Shown here piece after piece: positions 1 through 9,400 of a DNA stretch of 64,000 nucleotides. A program made the position numbers and the translations under genes. This DNA is from Andalucia godoyi And28. Its lineage: Eukaryota > Protista > Jakobida. Where the stretch lies: positions 197,332-261,331 of the forward strand of contig VRVR01000042.1 in NCBI GenBank assembly GCA_009859145.1, read 5' to 3'. The stretch's first letter is position 1; the number at the start of each line of letters is the position of its first letter. The notes under the pieces were generated by a model, which was not told where the DNA came from, made no database searches, and saw only the letters and a list, made by a program, of their open reading frames with translations.

Positions 1-1159
1 CGTGTCGGATGAATACCTACAAGAGACCTCGCATTTGTCCGATCCTGTTGGATCACCCACATTTGTCCCTCACGCGGCCAAACCGGTTGTCGACATAGAT
101 GCTCACGGATGTCTTCCTTCGTCGTCGTTCCAGACCATTGTCGAATGCTTGTGTGCTGTCCGACATCACCTGGCTCTTTTGGATGCGGATGCAAAAGACA
201 GCGATCGATACGTCGATCTCATTGAATCCGTCATTCCAGAGTGCGAGAGCCTGCTTGGAGGTGGCCTGAGTTTTGACGAACTGGAGTCGGCGCTGAGGAA
301 TGCCTCCTCGGCGTCCGCATATTCTGAAGCTGTTGTTCCTGGCCACACTCGCGCACTTTGCTGGAAAGCGTATACGATGAGCTATATTATATTCTGCCGA
401 TCGAGTTCTGCCAATCCGACAAACCTATCTGTGACGCTGCCTCCGATCGGATCGCTGCCACTGGATTCGGATTCTCTCGAGTCGTTGTCGGAAGCGGAGA
501 CCGTGGAGTTTGGTGCGTTGCAGCAAGAGAGCCACGAGGCGACATATGGTTTGGAGTGGTTTGAGTTGCTGGGAAAGGAGATTCAGCATGCAAGAAGTGC
601 CGTACTGCGCAGAAGCCCACCGTCGCTGGAAGATATCGACTTGCTGATTCAACGAATCGATGATGTGCGTGATGCAGAACCGCACTGCGTGTGTATATGG
701 TCCTCGTATGCAGTGGCGGATGTTTCCATTGCTCAGATTACGGGGCTTTTGAAGTCGCTTCGAGCGTTCTGCGCAGCGAGCGAGCGTGTCCCAAGTCCGC
801 ATCAAACCGATCTGGAGTCCGTCATTCACCAGGTTCTTCATCGTGTGTTTGAAGAGTGTGGCCGTTCTATTCGTTCGGCTTCCTTGTGGTTTGCACCTCT
901 TGACGACTCTACGCGACAGTCTCTGATGAATGAACCGGACGATTCATTCCCTGCGTTTGTTGGCGTATACACCCCCGTTCTGGAGGTCCTATGCGAGTCC
1001 ATTGAATCCCTATCTGCTGTCCTCGAAGTTCTGCCGACAGACAAGTTGCTTGAGCAAGCTGCCGCAAAATCCAGCTCTCTTGCTGAGCGCTGCGCCTTCG
1101 ATTTCAACAACGTCGTCCAAGTCGTCTTTGAAGCCATCCATTCAAAACACCTGTCGTAA
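1..1159 (+). CDS. 3' part of a gene running in from the left edge; helical protein of unknown function
   Basis: Frame is open from the window edge to TAA at 1157-1159 (385 aa) with coding-like composition; no motif recognised. Confidence 0.7.
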   Translation, partial: VSDEYLQETSHLSDPVGSPTFVPHAAKPVVDIDAHGCLPSSSFQTIVECLCAVRHHLALLDADAKDSDRYVDLIESVIPECESLLGGGLSFDELESALRNASSASAYSEAVVPGHTRALCWKAYTMSYIIFCRSSSANPTNLSVTLPPIGSLPLDSDSLESLSEAETVEFGALQQESHEATYGLEWFELLGKEIQHARSAVLRRSPPSLEDIDLLIQRIDDVRDAEPHCVCIWSSYAVADVSIAQITGLLKSLRAFCAASERVPSPHQTDLESVIHQVLHRVFEECGRSIRSASLWFAPLDDSTRQSLMNEPDDSFPAFVGVYTPVLEVLCESIESLSAVLEVLPTDKLLEQAAAKSSSLAERCAFDFNNVVQVVFEAIHSKHLS

Positions 1160-1364
1160 TCAATCCTGTAAAAAAGAAAGAATCCCTGATGTTGTTGCAT
1201 CAATGGCCTGTTCAAGTCCGTCTTTGGTCTGTCTGCTTTTCCCCTTCCTTATCTTGTTTTCCCTTTTGATGGCGCACGTCGTCGCGTTTGTCTGTGTTTG
1301 TTGCATTCTTTTTTCAATTCTTTCGTTTTCTGGGTTTCATTTTTTGGGGTTTTCCAAGTGTGGA

Positions 1365-1369
1365 CTCTT

Positions 1370-1412
<43 letters not shown>

Positions 1413-1439
1413 TGTGTGTGTGTGTGTGTGTGTGTGTGT
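1365..1439. repeat. Compound (CT)n-(GT)n microsatellite
   Basis: About 24 CT units then about 13 TG units, ending 23 nt before the ATG at 1463. Confidence 0.95.
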
Positions 1440-1462
1440 CGCTCTCTGAATCTTGGAGTGCC

Positions 1463-3304
1463 ATGGCAACGCCGTCGAAAACGCCGAAGAAAGCCGCCAC
1501 GAACAGTGGGACTACAAGCGGTGGAAATACGCAGCGAACGATCCGAGATGTGGCGCCGGCATTTGGTCTGGGAACACTTGGGTTGTCTTCAAAAGGACTT
1601 ACCTCGTTGTACGGGCTTGGCTGCAACACAGATCTGAAAGTTTTGTATTTGCAAGGAAACAACTTGCGGACCTTTGAGCACTTGGTGTCACAGCCGCAGC
1701 TTCGCGAGCTGAACGTGTCAGACAACAAACTGTCGTCGTTCAAAGGAATTGCGTTTCAGCCAAAGCTCGAGGTCCTGACGATTCGGGGGAATCCAATATC
1801 ATCGCATCCATTTTATCGAATCATGGCGATTCTGGCGATTGGGCCTTCGTTGCGCAAGATTGACGATACTACGATTTTGCACTCCGAAAGGGACCTTGCA
1901 AGATCGATGGGACCACGAGCTGCTGCGGCGGTTCGCTTAGGGTGGCTGATGGACTCGAAGCCGCGATTGCCGCAAGATTATGAGCTGCTACTGGATCAGT
2001 TTGAAAAAGGCGATGTCTGCCCTGAGAGCCGCGGCAAAACGGACTCTCCGCAAAGGGACAGAGAGGAAGAGGAAGCACTGTATATTCAGGAACAGGTGTT
2101 TTTGAAAGAGGCGGAAGTCACGCGAATTCTGGCTGCTTCCAATGGGTCTGCAACCCCCAACGGGAGGCCATCGAGCCACGGTGAGAATGGAACCGCGGAT
2201 GCAAATGGGCATCGAAGCGAGCATGTGGATGTGGAGGAAGAGAGAAGGGCCAAAGAACGGTTGTTGGTCCGCGGACTGCAGAAAGAGGTTGCAACACTCA
2301 GACAGAAGCATCTTTCGTCCAAGAATCTGTTTGCGAATTCCACACCACCACGAGTCATCGCTCCTGCTCAGCAGAAATCTCCTAGTGCGGCAGCCAATGG
2401 CGGTTCCGTTGACACTGCTGCTCCCGTCGCTGTAGCAAGCAATTCACCATGTTCCTGTTCATGTCCATCATGTTCGTCATCATCATCTACCACTACTTCC
2501 GCGACAAGAGAACATCCGTTCGTGAGTATTCTGCCGAATGTTGCAGAGGTCTTGTTTAGTGCCGGCATCAAAGTCACCAAAGAATCGGTGTCCTGGACGT
2601 CGTGCGTTGTCTTTCTGCATTTTCTCGTCGAGGCATTCTACGTGGAGGACGAGTCGGTCCTTCGGCTTGTGACAAAGTCAGGAAAAGCGCTGGATGTTGC
2701 AGTTCCCCAAAGCGAAGTGGCAGATGTGGAGGCCGTGATCATGGGGTTCCAGAAACTGCGCAAGACTCTCACTGGCCTTTCCATTCCTGACCAGGAATTC
2801 GTCGAAATCACCAAGCAGGAAGCGCCCGCAGATGCACCGCCCATCACATCGGAAGCGACGCCCGACTCGCAGCAACCGACTACTCCGGAGCAACCACCAG
2901 CGACGTCTGAGCAGGATCCGGATTTATCGGACCAGCCAGTTGCCGCTGCCCAGGAACAGCCAACATCGAGTCCACCGACAGAAGCTCCTTCAACCAGTGC
3001 TGCGCCAAGTTCGGAGACCCAACCGACGTCCGATGCCCCCGCTGCTGCAGATCCTTCAAATCCCAACACTGGTGCCGACAGTCCGACTCCCATTTCGCAG
3101 AGCACTGACCTCCAGCCGAATGCGCCCTCTGACGCGGTAGCATCCCACGATCAGCAACAATGCCAACCGATGCCTGTCCCCAAAAAGGCAGACTCGCCTC
3201 CCGAGGACTCTGCACCGAGTAATGTGGATGCTTCGAGTTCGGAATCTCAGGAAACCACGTCAGATGCTGTTTCGACTGCTGCTGCGACCGCTCCTTCGTC
3301 ATGA
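1463..3304 (+). CDS. SDS22-like leucine-rich-repeat protein with an AIR9-like N-terminal LRR, a coiled coil and a Pro/Ala/Ser/Thr-rich tail (613 aa)
   Basis: First ATG after the microsatellite (MATPSKTPKK). LRRs LKVLYLQGNNL, LRELNVSDNKL and LEVLTIRGNPI, plus LRR cap YRIMAILAIGPSLRKID, resemble the LRR block of AIR9 as I remember it. No A9/Ig repeats follow. Confidence 0.8.
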   Translation: MATPSKTPKKAATNSGTTSGGNTQRTIRDVAPAFGLGTLGLSSKGLTSLYGLGCNTDLKVLYLQGNNLRTFEHLVSQPQLRELNVSDNKLSSFKGIAFQPKLEVLTIRGNPISSHPFYRIMAILAIGPSLRKIDDTTILHSERDLARSMGPRAAAAVRLGWLMDSKPRLPQDYELLLDQFEKGDVCPESRGKTDSPQRDREEEEALYIQEQVFLKEAEVTRILAASNGSATPNGRPSSHGENGTADANGHRSEHVDVEEERRAKERLLVRGLQKEVATLRQKHLSSKNLFANSTPPRVIAPAQQKSPSAAANGGSVDTAAPVAVASNSPCSCSCPSCSSSSSTTTSATREHPFVSILPNVAEVLFSAGIKVTKESVSWTSCVVFLHFLVEAFYVEDESVLRLVTKSGKALDVAVPQSEVADVEAVIMGFQKLRKTLTGLSIPDQEFVEITKQEAPADAPPITSEATPDSQQPTTPEQPPATSEQDPDLSDQPVAAAQEQPTSSPPTEAPSTSAAPSSETQPTSDAPAAADPSNPNTGADSPTPISQSTDLQPNAPSDAVASHDQQQCQPMPVPKKADSPPEDSAPSNVDASSSESQETTSDAVSTAAATAPSS

Positions 3305-3440
3305 ATAGAAACTCACAAACCATGTACTTGACCAACACTGTATACTTTTTCGCTGTTGTATTTCTAGTTAACAAGGAAACTCAGAAAGAAAGGAGTTTTT
3401 TTCTTTCTCTTTTTGAAGAAATTGTGTGCTCAAAAGTGAT

Positions 3441-6400
3441 TTATGAATCCATCACAGAATCTACGAATTGCTCAATCGACAACGATTCAAATAGTCGTTT
3501 CACGGTCAGGCGGTCAGCAATGGTTGAAAATCCTTTGCGACGAAGCGCTTCTTGCAACATTGCAACGCACATCAAAGCAGACATGGAGTCACCACCAAGA
3601 ACGAAAAACGACTTTGCCTCGTCCACGACCGACATTTTAAGAAATGACGCGAATCCGTGCCGAATGACCTCCCGGGCATCTTGGTTGGACAAGGTGGGAA
3701 CACAACTGTCGACAGGAGCAACTTTAGAAGTCTTGCCATATATCCACGAATCAACTTTTCCAAGCAGGTCTCCTTTCGAGACAATCAGTGGAACCGGAAT
3801 GCCTCGTGTTGATCTGGCAAGAAGAAGATCTTTCACGAGCTCCATACAGTACTCGACGGGCAGTCCAAAAGAACCGCCAATATCCTTCATTTGCATCTTC
3901 TTGTTGTGTCTATTAAGGCCTAGCAGCGAGGCTGAACGAGACAACGGCACCCCTTTCCGAAGTAGCACATGTCTCAAAGCGTGAACGTCCCAATCGTCCC
4001 ATGCAACGGAGACAACAGAATGCTGTGCGGTGAGTTTGCAAAATAAGGCATCCATTCTCAGATTTGCGCTTCCATAAAACATCATTCCGGGGCCTCCGAG
4101 GTACGCAGCAAGAGAAGAAAATCCAATGCAGCGACGAATTTTGGATCCGGAGTCGAACAGCGCTTGGAGGGCATCCGACTTTGGCTCGCACTCTTGTGCC
4201 ATTCGATCACCCTCCGCCATCCAGCACAAGTCTGCCAATCCAGCGCAGAAGATGACCACAGGATCCGACAAAGATGCCAAGACAAAGTTCCACTGCGCTG
4301 CAGACAGACCATCGAATTCGGTCAAGACAGAGACACGGGACGCCAGCCTGACTCGATGATCAGCCATCGCGGATGACAACTGCTCGATCTCCTCAATGCA
4401 TCGAGTACAGTCGACATCGGAAGCCTTGCAACGAGTCGTGAGAACGATCCTCGTGTCCGCAAACTGAGAATCAGATGCGAGCGTAGCAGACAGAATCCTG
4501 CCAAGCGTACCAAGACCACCGAAGATGACAATGTTCGCCGGAGATTCGGCACGCTCCAGGTTGGCAAGTTTGAGGGCGCGAAATTGGCGGTGCAGAACGG
4601 AGAAGGTCTGCTCGTCGTCCATCTTTCCTAGCCGGATCGTGTCACCCCATTGCAGCAAATCTTGATCGATGGAGTCCAGAACACAACGGCCCATCTGGAT
4701 CACGTCAACATTCGAAAATGGGGCAAACACAGAAACGCAGCGCACACGAGGGAAGTATTCCTGGGAAAGCACTGCCGCAACAAAAAGGGACTCACTAGAG
4801 CGAAAGAAGACAATAATTCTCACGTCCCCGGAATGAGAGGAAATGATCTGCAAAATGCTTTCTCTGCACCGCTCAAAAGTATGGCAGATGCCTACACTCA
4901 ACAGAAAACAATCGTCGCAGAGACGCAGAGTGGAGGGATGAGAATCGAGGCAATACTCGCGCTGCGGAATCGAAATATCCGTGAGGGCGTGCTGGATGCA
5001 ATATTTTCCAACATGATCATGGGCAACAGGTGGCTCATCCCTCCGCGGCGATTCTCTCCATATCCGCTTCCTCTCGAAAGGCAAATCAAGCGCAGGCAGA
5101 TCATCGCAGATGGCGACGGGTCTCTCCGCTGAGCAAAAAGCAGCTTTTCTTCCTGCGGACAGTTGCGTCCACATCCAAGAACACGTTGCAGAGCCCGACA
5201 TTGGGGATTTGGCGAACAGCGCCAATCCACTCCAGTTCCGTTTCTCCTTCAGAATCATGGAGGACAGCGAAGGTTTCCATGCTAACTCGACCAAGGTGAG
5301 GTTGTCGTATTCTTTTGAAACACGATCGACTGCAGAATCAAACCTGACCGAGGAAACTAAATGATCGGTGCACCACTGTCGGAAACCGGACTGGTCCTCA
5401 ATTCTTGCACCGCAGCATACATCGACGCTACGAAGCGCGTCAATGTTCAAATCAAGACTCAATTCGTTGAGATTTCTATCAAACGAGGCGGCAACGAGCG
5501 CAAGATGGGACCCATGAAATACTCGGTCAGTTGGTATGAGGGCGTAGTTTCCGAATTCCTGCTGGATGACAGCCGGAGAAAGTCCAGGACTGCAGCCGAC
5601 AACAACTGCATTGCCCGGATTGACGGATACAATGTTTGTACGAACACCCAAAAGGCCAGATAGGATCTTGCGAATGTGGTCCACGGGATGCTTGACGACA
5701 AACATTTGGTCCCCATCCGGCGAATATGTTTCCAATGCCGCCGCTCGCAGTTCCAGCACTTGGAAAAATGACCTGTCATCAATCGCTCCAGCAAGCCACA
5801 CTGCAATGAGCTCACCGAGAGAGTGACCAATGAAACGGAACGCGGCAGATGCGTAGACGGCACGAAGTATCGAAAACAATCCGTACTGTAATAATGCAGA
5901 GTAGACGTGGACTTCCGTCTGCGAGTATCGATGTTCGGCGGCGACGGCGGAAGAAAAGACGCGGTCAACGGGGACAGACGTGTACGGCTGGAGGTTGGTA
6001 ACCGCGACTCGGAATTCAGGGCAGTGCAGGAAGAGTTCGCGGTACAAAACTGGCGAAAACGAAGTTTGGCCTGGGCACACAATCAGCATCGTCGTCGTCG
6101 GCAACGAAGGACCTGAAAACAGAGTCAGAAATCCTGTGGATGAATCGTCCATTGCATCGACCACGGCCTTCAGATCCTGTTTTGAGGACGCCACCACTGT
6201 AAAGCAACGCAATCCGGGCCTTGGAAAATGACGAGTGAAGAAGGAGGCTGCTGACGACCAACCGATGGACACATCGCTTCTCATAAGAGAGTTGCTGGTG
6301 GACCGTAGCCACTTTTTGAAGGACTCCTCGGATGCCATTGCGACTGTCAGCGCACTGAATCTAGAGGGTTCGTGTGGATCGGGAACAGGGACGTCGCAAA

Positions 6401-9400
6401 ACGACTGCCGCTCCAAAATGCAATGGCAATTCGTACCACCCACACCCATCGCCGACACCCCTGCACGTCGCACATCTGCAGACGGCCACGGCACGGTGGC
6501 CGTGCCATTGATAGAAAAGCGCGATTTCAGCGGATCCATGGCAATCAGCGGATTCCACTCGGAAAACGTGGGAGTCGGAGGAATTTGGCCGTGATACATT
6601 GACAGCGCAGTCTTGACCACGCCAACCAGTCCCGCGGCAATGTTGCAGTGTCCGACATTTGCTTTTGCACAACCAATCCAAACCGGGTTGCGCTGAGTTA
6701 GGCGTGCGCCAATAGCATTTCGCAACGCCGAGAACTCAATGGGATCGCCGACAATGGTGCCGGTCGCGTGGGCCTCCACGAACTGCAACGGATTTTCACT
6801 GGGCCCAGCAAGCAGCGATTCATACATGCTACTCAGAAGGCGAGTCTGTGCCTCAGAAGACGGCGCTCCAAAGGATGACTTTTCCGATGATCCATCTTGA
6901 TTCGAACGCACGTCCCTTACCGTCGCGTACACTTTGTGTTCACCGGAACACAGTTCCTCTTTTGACAGACGCGCGAGCACAATTGTGGCAGCAGCATCCG
7001 AGAAAACCGTGCCGGAAGCTCGAGAATCAAACGGACGACAGTGTCCATCCGAAGAAAGGACAAAATCCGATGGTGCACGATACCCATTGTAAATTCCATC
7101 AAAAAAGGCCATGGATGCGCTGCACACAATCGCGTACTTGTTCTTTTTCAAAGACAAATGATTAAAGGCAGCCTCCAGGCATGAGAGAGACGACGAGCAG
7201 CTGCTTTGGACAGCTACCGCAGTACCGCGAAGCCCGTATGCGTATGCCAGACGCATCGGCAGATAGTCCTTATCATTCCCAATTTCAGCACTCAGTTCCA
7301 ATGAAGGGTTCTCGGAAGCCTCCCCACGAAAAAGTGGGACAGACGTGTTCAATCCGTACGTAGGCAAATAGCATGAACCGAAGACTGCGGTATCATCAAA
7401 CGCGGAATTCACGGCGAGCGACCCGTTGGAAAAAGTGAATCCAGCATCCATCATTGCGGATAATGAAACTTCTAAAGCAATGCGGTGCTGTGGATCCATC
7501 AGTTCCCACTCGGATGGGTGAATTCTCGAGGAGAAGAATGCAGGATCGATATCTCCGCGAGAATTTGGAATTGACGGGAAAGTGGAACCCGAATTCTGTG
7601 GTCGTCTCCACAATCCATCCATGTCCTTCTCCAGAACAGCGGAAACGTGACCGGAAACGAGGTTCCTCCAAAACTCATGAATGTTCGCAGCATCCGGCGC
7701 CTGAATACCCATACCGACAATTGCAATGCAGTCCGAAACATCACAAGTACTGGAGACTGTCTGTTTCACAGAGTGCTGACGAGACCCGAAGAGCACTGTA
7801 ATCGTCGCAGCAAGGCTTGCAGGGGTGACGGACGTCTTCAGCATCTCTTCTATGTTGAGAAACGGCGGCGATGGCATCGCTGTTGCGGCAGCGAATTCCT
7901 CGATATCATGCTGCAAAGTCGCGACGACTCGAACGGCAGCTAGAGAGTGACCACCCAAAGAGAGCCACCGATCGGAAGCGCCAACACGTACCAAAAGCTC
8001 CTTCGTCCAGGCAGCGCACACTCTTTGGATCCAGTAATCAGTAGCAGGAGTATGGATATTGGAAGACGCATCAGCCATCAAGGAACTTGGCATCAGCTTC
8101 TCAGGATGAGCTTGCGGATCCACCAAGCACTTTCGATCCGTCTTTCCGGAAATCGGGTCAATCCGAAAAAAGGTTGGATAGCGTACAAACAAATACGGTA
8201 CTGCATACGATGGAAGAACGCCTTGCAACCGGTCCCGCATGTAAACCACGCACAAATCGTCACCTCCTTGCGGGATCACCATATGGGCAACCAGAGCACT
8301 GTCTGTATCCATTTGGCGACCGACAACCAGGCACTGCTTGACCTCGGGAAAGCAGTTCAAAATAGCATCTTCTACAACCTGCGCATCAACTGTGTTCCCG
8401 CGCACACGGATTGCAAAGTCACATCTCCCAAGAATGCTGTACCCGAGATTTGTGTCAAAGAAGCACCGGTCGCCAGTTCTATACAACGTTTCGTCCAGCT
8501 GGAAATCGACTGCAGAGCCAAACATGGACTCAAAAGAAACAAATTTTGCCCGTGACTTGTCTGGAGCGCCTACGTACCCATTGCCAACATGCGGACCCCC
8601 GACGAACAGCTCTTCATCACGAACGAACATGTCAACAGTTGGCAAAGGAAATCCGATGGGGGCTATGTCGCCGACATCCTCGTTTCCAACCCAGGCGGAC
8701 AGGTTGGATACCGTAATTTCGGAACACTCGGAAATGGAATACACATTCCATATTGCAGCACACGGAAACAAGGTCTGAACATCTCGGACGAGCTTTCTGT
8801 TGACAACCTCTCCGCAAAGCGTCACACAATTGAGCGTGTCGATGGAAACCGACTTCCGAATCAATCCATCGCACAAAACACGGGCCATAGAAGGCGTCAG
8901 CTGAATTCGTGTGCCGCATTCTCTGCTCACGACTGAGAAAAACGTGCTCGGGTTCTTCTGCTGATCATCGGATAAGATCAACAATCTCACGCCAAACAAA
9001 AGTGGACGGAAGCATTCCCAGAGAAAGAAGATATTACACACCTCAATGTCCTGCGTGTCATCCAAAAAGGGAATCGCATCGCGGCGCTTTGCGTAAGAAA
9101 GAACATGATTGGTATGCAGAACTGTGATCAACTTGGGGGGACCAGTAGAACCGGAAGAAAACACGAGAAATGCACTGGAGCGGGGCCGGTACAGCGTTCG
9201 AGCGAGCACATAGTGTACATCATCGGCAAAATCAGTATGTGAATGATCGCACGCAAAAGAAATGACGTTTGAAAATTCCGAGAAGAACGATTCCTCGCTT
9301 GCGGTTGAGACGACAAACAATATCGACTTCCCAAGAGAAGCACAGTCTGCGACCAATTTTGCGAGAAATGACTTGTTCTGCACAATCGACGGACCTCCCT

